Shown piece by piece: positions 15,209 through 27,200 of a stretch of DNA of 64,000 nt. Under the pieces are notes generated by a model that was not told the DNA's origin, made no database searches, and saw only the letters and a program-made list of their open reading frames with translations. The stretch is from Nageia nagi (Eukaryota; Plantae; Pinophyta). A program made the translations under genes and the position numbers. Every line of letters starts with the position of its first letter. Position 1 is the first letter of the stretch. The DNA is taken from NCBI GenBank assembly GCA_050084985.1, contig JBITNC010000001.1, forward strand, positions 116,994,001 through 117,058,000. The letters are read 5' to 3'.

Positions 15209-15298
15209 TCATGCAGGCATCAACCCATTTGATAAAATTTTGTCCATATTACTGAAAAATGGCCATTCTTTTTTAGTCTTCTGACCTTGAAGAATGCT
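15209..15298 (-). CDS. RNJ: RNJ terminal coding exon [29 protein letters not shown]
   Basis: gtgcag acceptor in phase 0; WPFFxxMDxIL trihelix tail; TGA at 15209-15211. Confidence 0.92.
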   Translation of the reverse strand, partial: SILQGQKTKKEWPFFSNMDKILSNGLMPA

Positions 15299-18200
15299 CT
15301 GCACATTTCAAAGTCCGAGCATTTTAACTTACTCTTCCAATATGATGTAATTAGAATCGTAATAGAGAACAAATAAGTAAAATTCTCGCAATTAGTAGCG
15401 AGAAATGCTTGAAATTTGACCAGGGGAAAATAGATCAAGCATATTAATACAATAATGACTGATTATTTAACTTGAACTAAACAAGAACATAAATCATTTC
15501 ATGAACAAAAGATTTGGACAAGCACCATGTAAGTACATTGGATTTAGGGAGATATTACAATGCTTGATGACTAACCTCATATTTGTTCACCAGTGATAGC
15601 CAGAGACTTTTGCACTGGTCTGGGCTACGCTCAATTTCATGTTCCAACAAAATCTTTGAAATCTCTTCCCAAAGTACCTTGGCTTTCTCCGTTTTAAATC
15701 GACTATCCATATTACCCCGTATTTCAATAAGTTTTAAAGTCTCATGTGGCTTCCATTTGCGCCGCTTTTTAGTCACTGACATTGCTGCATTCGTTGTCTC
15801 AGTACAGATATCAGACTCTTCGTCACGACATGAACTGTCTCCAATTTTTGATGCATTAGATAATGATGCAGAATGGAGTAGGACTGACAAAGGATAGTTT
15901 TCAATTCTGCATTGATCTTCATTTTTTTTTTCTGCCATGGGCATTGCAATCGATGTTTTCAGTGCACCTGCACAATAATGATTCAGATATGAAACTCAAA
16001 GAAAGTACAACACAAAGAACATAAAGATTAGGATGCAGATATAAACAGTCATCAAGCTATTAGCAAGTTAACATAGAAATTAGAATTGAGATATAAAGTA
16101 TAAACTTTAATAACCTCATCCAGTTATTTGCACATGTTGAAACAAAGATAATCTTTGCAACACTCCGTGTGTTTTTTGGGCATCCCTGGCAAATCGTGTC
16201 TACAAGATGAACAGGGAAAACTCAAAGAAGAAATGAGCAAAGTTGCAAAAATATTTCAAGTGCATCTTCAGCTACAAAGTCGCGGATATTTAACTCACAC
16301 GAATAATTAAAGAAATAAACTCCTCAAAATGTATATAAATGACTCCCGTAAATTCACCACTTTACTTTTGGACATTCTAGTGATGAGACTTCCATATTTT
16401 TAATAAATCATCTCTATAACATGAACGGGAGAAACCAGAAGAAATGAGTTGAAGTGTTTGAATGGAGGCTTCTCAACATCAGTAAAACGTTTATGAGGAG
16501 AAGTTTAAATGGCATGAGGCTTCTCAACATTGGTAGAACAACCTTAAGCAACTTGTGAGGCCTCGAAGGCCATTTTTATTAGCCTAACTGTCATACTTAT
16601 TGGTTAAGAAGTGAAAATGTCATAAAAAAACTGTGTTAACTTGGGATGTTTTAAGATATAGCAATAGAGAAATACAGTGATAAAGGATAATTAAAAGAGT
16701 AATTGCTCTATTATTTATAAAATTATTTGACTGAAATATCCCAAATTAGAAAAATACAGAATTATTGCAAAATTCCTCAGAGTTACAAATTTAATAAACA
16801 AATTGCAGATCTTCCCGGAAAGATTATTGCAGTATAGAATTAAAGATTTAATAAACAAATTGCAGATCTGACCGGAAAGATTATTACAGTCTGGATTTAC
16901 AGATTTATTGTCAAGGAATCACACAAAATGATGCAAAATCCAAAATGGTGGCCCAAAGGGTTGGACGTCTGGCTTAGAAGACCATATCTATGATGAACAA
17001 AGCTCAAACACACCACAAACACCTCAGACTGCTGGATATCACACTGCTAGGGCCTCAAACCCCTGGACCTAAACTCTGAAATGCCCCACAACACTCCCAC
17101 AAGCCAGATGAACTGCTGTAGAACCTCGAACTGCTGGATCTGAACCTCAAAATGCAACCGAAACAAAAAGATTTAAGTGTTTTCGTCCTCAAGCCTTGGA
17201 TCTAAGAGGGTTTTCGTCCTCTAGACCACTCCCTTGCAGGTTTTCGTACACAAAAAACTAGAAACTGACCTTTCAGCCAACTCTCAGGAAAATATTGTTG
17301 ATGATAGACAAAGATGTCCCAAACTGATGTGTTCCTCCTTTATAGTTGGATGCTCTCTCTTGGAATCATGGACACCCCTCTCTTGGAGTCATAACTGGTC
17401 CTTGGGCTTACAATCATCAAGTCCAGAGATTCCCAAATTACATCATTATTATTGATGATGCAATAAAACACTCCTATCTATCCCAAGGGGGATGTCCCAT
17501 GTGGACCAAGTCAAACATTATAACATTACACATAAATGGAACGCACCACTTGGGGACACTACAATGCATTTTTGAAGCCTCATAATGCCTCTGTGGACCC
17601 ACCACAAATTAAGATGTCTAAATGCTATTTTAAAAGACTCCTAAAGCTACCAGAATACACCTAAGAAATTACAAAAGGAGGACGCCCCTCTCCTCACCAA
17701 CCAGTTTCAAATTTAGAATACATCAAAAAATAGGAATGTCAAAAGGGGAGCCCTTCCCAAAATTGCTTGTCCCCAAGCAATACCAAACAACAACCATAAC
17801 TTCAATGTCTTGCTCTTTTCCCCATTCATTATTCCATGAAGATTATGTACAAAACCTCTTGGTTTCCTAGAAGCTGAAAAGTATTTTGAGTCCACAAACT
17901 CTGGCTACACTCTGAAATGTTGGGATATTGCTTTCCAAGCATTCTTTGAGGCAATAGCAACATCAACAATCATACATGTTGCAAGTAATCCCTGAAACCA
18001 TCCATCAAATGGCTGAGGTTGCTTCAGTTCACAATTGTCCAATTCTGATTTTTCAAAGTACATCATCCCAACAGCAAAGCAACCATTGCAGCTCTGAAAA
18101 ACTTGATCAGACTGGATATTTCTGATCACTTCCATCAACAAAGACACAGTTGTTTTGTTCCACACTGACAATATAGACTCAGAATGTACTATACAATTCA

Positions 18201-21200
18201 AATATAAGTGACCAAACAGATCTGAAATATAGATGACAGTCAAGCAACAGATCTGAAATAGATTTGTTGTTCCCTTGTGCATCCTATGAGATGTTCCCTT
18301 CAACATAGGATTGCCATCTTCCGTGTTTTGAAAATAAGCATATATGAAATCAACTAACTTGTGCATATTAGTCCCTTTCTCCATGGAAAACACAGATCTA
18401 AATATCATTAAAAAAACAGTCCTAATCAACATGAAAGACACCTCCACAATTATCATAAAGAGTGCAGTCTCAAACCTCACGAAAAACTCAGCCATAATAG
18501 GAAAAACTGCCCCAATCATCATGTCATATGTAGTCCCAAATGCCATTAGAAATGCAACTCTAAACAAGATCAACATTGCAGCCCCCAATATCATCAAAAA
18601 GGTCACCAAAAATGCAGTCTCAAACATCAGAAGGAATGCAGAAGTAAACACCATCAAAATTGCAGTCCAGAACATAATAAATACAGCAGCAGACATCATC
18701 AGAGATGTTGCCCAACATCATCTTCATTGCAGTCCCATATATCATCAAGGATGCTGCCCAAAATGTCACCAAAATTTCAGCCTTAAACATCAGCAGGAAT
18801 GCAGCCCTAATCTCCATAAAAATTGCAATTCTAAATGTAGTAAAAATCCTGTTTGTAGACGATACTGTCCACAATGTACCAATGCCATCAAACAGTCTCA
18901 AAAACCTTAGGTGACCAATCTTTAGCTTCTTGTTTCAATAGACATAACCATTCATCTCCAAAAGTATTGCATTCTGTCTTATCTTCCATCTCCAACAATA
19001 ACTTTCTCCCAACATCCTCATGAAAGTCAAGATCATGCCATATTAACAACCTGTTGTTAGAAAGCATGTAAAAATCAGAATTCGTTTCATAACTTTTTGT
19101 AATGTCTCCATGGCAGTTCCAAGTCTCAAAATGGCACAAATGATGCCCTAGAAGGTGAACATCCCTTTCTAAGGCTGAATACAACCAGATCTGATGCTCG
19201 AGACTCCTCCAAAGACCCTTTAGTACTGGACGTCCCTCCTGGAAACTCAAAACAAGTGTTGGAAGCTCAAAAGGGTCTCCCTGCTAGGTCCTTGATCAAA
19301 GACAACTCCAAATCCCTGTGAATCTGATATTTCTGATTCATCAGATCTCTGCAATATCAATTTTGATTTGTCTTCAAAATCAACTTCCTCAATTTGGCTA
19401 AAGGGGTGATCATCATTTTGCATGTTGTGATCCCTATCCAACACATCCCTTACCAAATCTGAGATAGGTCTCTCCTTACAATCATTATTGTTATCACATA
19501 TTTTCTCCATTCTATTTGAGGTCAGTTGTTGAGGATATTGATCTTTCATTCCTCTCAAAGTGATGTCACATCCATCAAATTTGAACTTCAGCTCCAATGT
19601 TTGGTAGTTGGAGTAAATCTCACCCAAAGAATACAACCATTGTACTCCAAGCACCATGTGAGGAATTCTGCCCATCAAGAAGACAGAGAAATTATTTTAT
19701 TGCAGCATAATCTCCAAGGTAGATTTTTAACTGTCTCACCACTTTGTCACAAAGCGAGATCTGTCCATTAGCATTTGCCACCTTGAATCCAGTAAAATCT
19801 TCCGCTTGGAGTTTCTTCTTGGCCACAAAACCCTCATCAATGAAGTTGTGGGTTGCTCCACCATCAATTAGCACTATCACACTCTTTCCTACCGCTTTTC
19901 GTGGTACCTTGATCGTCAGGTACTTGGACGCACCAGATATTGTGGCCAAGGTGCCACCACTTGCTTCCTTAGTGCCCTGAGATGGACATCCTAGATCTGG
20001 TTGAACTGGATTTGGTCACCTTAGATTTTTTTGCTAGATCTGGCTATTCTAAATCCTCCAGATCTAGCTCTAGATCTGACTCCTCTCCATCTGAAATTAC
20101 CTCAACATAGTGGATCTAGCCTTTTCCAAGGCAACGTGACCAGATTCCCATGAATTTTTTCAAGTGAAGCAAAATTTCTTCCTCATCAAGTCATTTCGTG
20201 TAGCCTCATCCATCTTCTTGACCGACGATGGTAGTTGACTCTCCCAAGGTGGGACGAACTCAACTCCAAGTAGGATGCACTCCTCTGCAAAGGTCCAGAC
20301 CGTCCAGATATAGGTGGAATGGCAGATCTAGGTCTGAGCATGGAAGGCTCCAAGGTCAACACCCTCTTGATGGCATCCTACTATATGGTAGGAGCGAAAG
20401 CCTTTACCATGCCCCTCAATGACTCAAGCAAACCCTCCATGAACAGGAGTGTTACTCCTTTCTCAGAGATATTAGGCACCATTACTGAGGTTTGTTGGAG
20501 CTCTGCAATGTAGATCTCAACCGTGCTCCTTTGCCTCACAGAAACCAGATCTCAGAAATACTAATCCTCATATATTTTGGTCAAATCGATCCAGTATCCT
20601 TTGGCTGAACTCGTCAAAGGTTTGGACAGAACTATGGCCTTGTGTAATCAAGCCGTGATGCCACCAGTCATACGTGACTCCCTCCAGATGTAGGGTTGCA
20701 AATTGAACTGCATCCTCCTCTAGGAGAATCAATGAGATTGCATGTGTCATTTGAATGTGGTAAGAAGTTACTATAAAAAAGCTTCTTTTAGATCTTGTTC
20801 AACTATGATTTCATTGGATTTCTTTCTCCATAATTATCACAAATTTGGATAAATTTAGAGATAATTCTGAAGATAATGATTTTGAAAATGATCCTAGAGT
20901 ATTGATTTTGAAATGATAACTATATAGATGATTATGAATGTGATTTTGCCCCAAGTGATGTTAGACTAGATTCTCAAACAACTTGGTTTAACTATAGAGG
21001 TTATCGATGCTCAAGACCAAAAGATACAGGCTCTAGGTCTATGATGCCAAAGTGATGGCTATTTTGGGCTCAAATGTTAGAACAATGGGCATTTTAGGAC
21101 TAGGTGCTAGAACATTGGGCATTGTGGTGGAGGATCCCATTTCAACCTATCTTTCAAGCTCTTGGCATTTTGATGCTTCTGATGATTCAGCTGCAATGAT

Positions 21201-24200
21201 AGGAAATGATATTGCACTGTTTCTTTCTTTTTCTAAATGATTTTTTATAATGATAGTTCCTAAACTTGCCCCTCTCTAAAATGAGCACTTGAAAGTGCTT
21301 TATAAAGGTTTGACAAATCTAATTTGAGTTCACCCAAATGGGCCCACTTAGAATATTGTGCATAAAAGATAATGCTAATTTAGAAATTTTCATTTAAGTA
21401 CATCTTCATTTACCCGAAGTGGGCTCAAATTGACATGTTGCATAAATAAAATAATCCACTCAAATAAAATCCAATTTCAAGTGCTATGGACATTTGATCA
21501 TTCTAAAATAAAAACACAAGAAAGTGAAGAACTTTTTCCACAATAATTGGATTCTGGACAAACCATATAAATGCTGAAAATAGCAGTTAGACAAATTTGA
21601 TACCCACCAGTATACTAAATTTAATTGATAAGCCTCCTTTTCCACTAATTATACTCTTTGAGATGGCTTAAATAGGGGAAAGAGTTTCAAATAGTACAAA
21701 CAATCAAACTTAATTGTTGAATTATGCATGTTGAAGATGACCTTACCTGTGACATAATACTCCATATTTGTTATCAGAGAGAGGCTTTTATCTGTCATCG
21801 TATAAAAAAATTGTGTTTCTTGGAATGGGACAAATATGGAAAATATCGTAGTAAAAATTATTTATTCAATAAGTTTTAATGAAATAGTCCATGGAAGGTT
21901 CTCAGAACCTAGAAATAGACCCTTGCAAGAGTCCAAATTGCTTAGAAACAGGGTTTCAAAAGTCAAAACATATTTGATGTTTTTTGCAAAGAACGGTCCA
22001 CAAAAATAGAACAAAACTTTGTCTTAAACATTAAATTAATTAGGAGAGATTGTTGTATATGGCACTGCTTGTATCTCTCTTGTAACTCATCAAGAAGGTC
22101 ACCAACTTGCTCTCAAATATGTCAAATCCTCTCAATGAATTGTTTGTTTCTAACCTTCAATAAACAAATTGAAGAATTCAATTTTTTTAAAAAAGGTTAA
22201 CATCATATCAGTTTTCTCGAGCCCAACTGCCAAGATTGTCGATGTTCATCATGAGGAGGGCAGTGAAATTTGTCTTATTTATCAATTTTTTATAATATGA
22301 GATGAAAAATTCATTTCCTAGGTACATTTACATGCAACGTAGAGTTCTGTACCCTCATTGTTGAGAAGGATGCAAGAGAAAGCATGCTTTTCCATCAAGA
22401 ACCAGAATAACTTCTTTCTAAAATTGACCAAGCATGCCATAATAGCCAAATGAATGAAGAGAACAAAATTTGATTTTAAAATGCAAATAATTGGATATTT
22501 CTGTGTACCTTTATTTTCATCCGTGCTCTGTGGACTTATACGGGATTCACCTGTCATATGCCTGAGTGAACTCTCCAGATTTATGTCTTGATCGGAGCTT
22601 CTAACAACGCTTCTGCCTTTTTTTATTCTTAACTCTAGATCTTTAGCAGTAACATCATCTACAGCCATTACAATTACTTCTGGTCGTCTACTACTATACT
22701 TCCTGACCACCTTTCTCATTACTGTAGAGATGGCGTATTCCACATGACTAATTGGACAATTTGGAGGGCAGCTTGTTAATGCTACATGTGCAGCTTTGTA
22801 TAGTGCCTCCAGAAGCTTACCTTTATCAACCCACAGGCAGCGAGTTGTGATGCGTATTTTTCCTTTCATTTGTGTCTGTGTTTCAGAGTTTCCATTTGTT
22901 GACGAATCCAAAGATGTTTTCTGGGGTCGTTTAACTTCCACACTGCAAAAACGAAGAATGGATACAGATTTGCAAAGAGCTAAAAATAATGCACTTGCTA
23001 AAATATATATTGTACGGACACAAAGAAACGTAAAAGGAAGTTCAATATTATCTAAAAGAAAGGAATTAATTTTCAAAATTTTATAGAATGTGATACTCTA
23101 CTATTATCAACGGTTAGATGATTTAGATAACATTTCAGCCCTGTTCTTCTAGTAGCAACTAAACGGATCCTTTCAGAACATTTGAGCATGTCTTCCCATA
23201 GCTATTACTAGCACACCTTGCACATAGTCCCTACTGTTCACGGGGATAATACGATAGCTTCTATTTGCAAGTTGTGCAAAGATGTCAATGGTATTTGATC
23301 TTACCCATCCAAAAGATTTTTTATTCAGCACTTCTACACGCCATCTTAACGTTTGAAAATTAGAATATGTTCAGATTTTTATGTTTCGTACTCCTGATTA
23401 TTCTGATTTATCATAGACATTTCTCATTTATATTCAGCAAATATAATTTTCTTAAAATGCATTTTAATGCTGGTATGGCCTTATATCCCAAAGGTCTGGC
23501 AATGGTTAGCAAAAGAACTAATTTCCTAAATGCAGGAGCCGTGTTTCTTGATGCATATTGAGGACCTAAATCTGCTCATTGTCAAATACAACTTGCAAAA
23601 TATTTCTCATCATTTTATAATGCTTCTCATATCTGCAGTAGATCACTGCTACTACACTGTAGGTAAGGTGGATATTTTCTCAAAGGAACTCACAGAAAAT
23701 GCAAAACAACTATGATTGTTAGTTATAAAAACATTTATGCTTCTCTTCGAAATATCTGCTTTCAAACCATTAATACTGCAACTCTCTAAGAAAAAGGCAT
23801 AATTGGAAAGAAAACCTATATTCTCACAATGTTATGGTGATGATGCATGTGACGTGGAACAGTTTACTGGTATCCTACCATTTCTGGTACCTAGGTTCAT
23901 TTCTAATCAAATTAAAAATACCATCATATTGCAAAACTTCGCATCTCCAACATGTGTTTGGCCTGACAACGAGAAAGCTAGAACACGTAGGGATTTCTGT
24001 AGTTTTGCCTCCACCCACTTACCAAAAATCTATTATAGGGAATCATTGTATGATTGCAACTGAGAAGAAATCTGTAGAAAAAAAAATAGCAGACAATGTA
24101 TTAATTTTTAAATTTTTAAAGTATAGAAATAATTCTGCCTATGGAATGAATATTAGATTTATAGCAATATATTGAATTGAAGACACACACAGGACATTTC

Positions 24201-27200
24201 TGGAGGATGGAGAATTAAAGACTTCTTGGCAGATAGCTTGTGATCTTGGAGGGGTGAATTCTAGCTGCAACCAGATGGTAGATTTGGATGATTCTCAAAT
24301 GATAATTATAAAGATAATTCCAAGAATGATTTTTGCTTCAGATGCTATTAAAATTGATGCATAAGTATTCCAAAGTTCTTTAGGTCAACTATGAAGGTCA
24401 TCGTTTGTTTGGGCCAGAATAACCCAAAACGAGCCATTTTTTTTTTTTGCATAAATCACTCAAATATAGTCATTTTAGATAATTAAATGCAATTTTAAAT
24501 GTCTATAGTTTCCCTTTTTGGAATATGATAGAGGAAGAGAACTTGAATCTATATTCCAAAATTAAAAAATATAAAATAAAAAATAAAAACAATATAGAAT
24601 TTGATGAAGTCTTGTTCTATAGCCCTTTTGAAAAGCTGGTATGTAGAAGAACAATGAAGTTTGGAAAACACAGAATGATCAAACTTGTCATGATTTGGCT
24701 AGAGACTCATCCTTAACCCAAAGTCTGAAAAGAATGGGCAAGAGCATGGATGAACACATTTTTTCACAGTGAGCCAAAACATATTGATTGCCCTTTTTAC
24801 GTTTTAACTACGTATGAAGACTTGTGTTTAACATGGAGCTCTACAAAAAAATTTTGTGATTTGTAAAACCAAGATTATTGGGGGAGCATGTTTGCCTATC
24901 CTATATGGTTGTCAGCAATTATGATAAACCTTGATAATGATTAGGCACTCCCTTTGTTAGTATTAAGAAAACATAAAGTAAATAATACAACAAAATTCAA
25001 CAATTTTTGACATAGCAAGATAAGACAAAGGTAATTCACAAGATTATGTAAATAGAACATGTTGTGCCTGCACAACACACCCCAAAATACAAGATTTTCG
25101 GGACCCTATTTTTGCGAAGGCAATGAGGTACATTGCCTTGAAATTGGCTTTTGGCGACGGGTAATTCATTATGAAGAGTGCAAACATGATATCAAGGAGC
25201 AATTCACGAAGATCATGTGACAAAGATCTTGAAGAGTATGAGTATCCAATCACCAGTTTTGCAACCAAGGAGTCATGATCTAAGATATACCATCGGAGCA
25301 TGGATTTTTGGGCTTAGAATGAGGCCAATGGAGATGGGATCGTTTTTTAAGTTTGCCAGAGTTAAAATCAGAGAGCACATGCCAAAAGAGGACCCCGTTA
25401 CAAACAAGTTTGCTCCTTGGGGAGCCATGCACAAGTTTGCATCTCTTTGATGACATCAAAGACCAAAAAGCTTATTTAGCATGCAAAATGCACCATGCTA
25501 AAAATGGTTTCAAAGTTGGATTTGAGTACCCATTTCCATTATGATGAGAACAATGCATGTCAAAATTGGCCAAAAATGACCAAGGCCACCTTGATCGACT
25601 ACATTAGTTAGCCCAGGCAACCTTGATCGACTATATCAATCGGCCCAGGTAACCTTGATCGACTACATCAGTCAACCCAAGAAACCTTGATCGACTACAT
25701 CAATCAGTGTCAAATTTTGATTTGAGGAAATGGAGAATCTAGCACATGGGTTTTGTGTAGAATTGAAAATCATGCAAGATTGGGATTGGACTTTCCAAAA
25801 TTGGCAAACTTTGAGGCCCTCTAACCCTAGGCGCACATTTTCAAGCCTATGGAAATCCAATGGAGTGATTTCTAGCGCCTAAAATGAAGAGACAAAATGG
25901 ATTTTTGCCAAAAACCAAGTTTGAGCTTGTAAATTGATGGAAAAGACCATTCTAAGACGCATTAAATTTAGGAATTTTGCATTTTGAGCAAGGGAAATGC
26001 CCCCAAATTCCTTGGATGATCCAATGAGGTGAAATTTGGAGCCTAAGTCAAGAAGAAAAATGCAAAATTTTAAGGAAATGAGTTTTAAACACATCATTGG
26101 AGGGAAAAGGGTATTCTAGGACACTTTAACACTTCAAAATTTTGGTTTTGAGCAAGTCTAATGCCCCAAATGCTAGGGCACACTTTTCCATGTCTATAGA
26201 TGATCCAATGGAGTGAAAATGAGCGAAATGGATATTTTGCTCAAAAACCAAATTTGAAGACATCAATGCATGAAGGGGGCCATTTTAGAAAGGTTTAAAC
26301 TTCAAAAATTTTGATTTTGAGCAAGGGAAATGCCCCAAATTTTTAAGTGCACATTTCCATGCCATTGGGGCATCCAAAGAAGTGAAAAATGGCACCTACC
26401 TTCATGGAGAAAAACCAAAATTTGGCCAAAACTTGATTCCAAGCATGGGGATGGATGAAAGGGATCATTCTAAGCACAATTAAACTGTGAATTTTTCTAT
26501 TTTGACCACATATGGAGGCCCAAAAAGCTAGGCACACAAATGAAGGGGTTTGGTGACTTCAAAACTCAATGGAGCATGCAAAATGCACCAAGCTAAAAAA
26601 TAATTTTCAAAATGGATTTGAATACCCATTTCCATTATATTGAGGAAGGTGTATGTTGAAATTGAACAAACATAAGCAATTCAATCAGCTAGAGCACCGA
26701 AAGCATTTGGAGCACCAAAGTAGAGAACCAAAGGCACTTGGAGCATCAAAGCACATTTGAGCACCAAATTGGAGCACTTAAGAACCAAATTGGAGCACTA
26801 AAGCACATTTTGTCTAAAATGAAGAAAAACATGAGAAATTCTCAAAATCCATGAAAAAGGTAAAAATCTTCATTTTTCAAGAAAAAATGAAAAAGGGTGA
26901 CAGTTGAGGCTCGTGTAGAATGCTGAGGAGCATTCATCCCCCTTGGAATTTTTGAAAAAAAATGAAATTTGAGCAAGTTATGACCATTTGATCGTTTTGG
27001 AGGAGAGGGGTTTTCAAAAAAGCTTGAACCACTTCCACCCGACCAATGTGAATGCAGATATTTTGGCCAAAAGCTCAAACTCAAAATAAAAAAACATAGG
27101 TATTTTGAAGAATGCCAAGCTAGGCATCTTTAACCTTGGAGGAATTGCCAAAAGACCAAGCATCTACACTTGCAAGAGAAGTCTTTGTTATTTTTCTCCA

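Noticed and set aside
18344-18914. Plus-strand ORFs (188 aa and 69 aa) as genes
   Set aside because: Antisense shadows of the 24-bp repeat; no start context or domain.
21178-21215. Hammerhead ribozyme/retrozyme core (CTGATGA..GAAA), also at ~19325-19345 on the minus strand
   Set aside because: No pairing stems I-III around the cores.
22318-23076. 252-aa ORF as a standalone gene
   Set aside because: It is the RNJ exon 22509-22942 with intronic read-through on both sides.
25589-25706. 32-bp (and 37679-37875 40-bp) repeats as a CRISPR-like array
   Set aside because: Head-to-tail units with no unique spacers, inside eukaryotic LTRs, and no cas genes.
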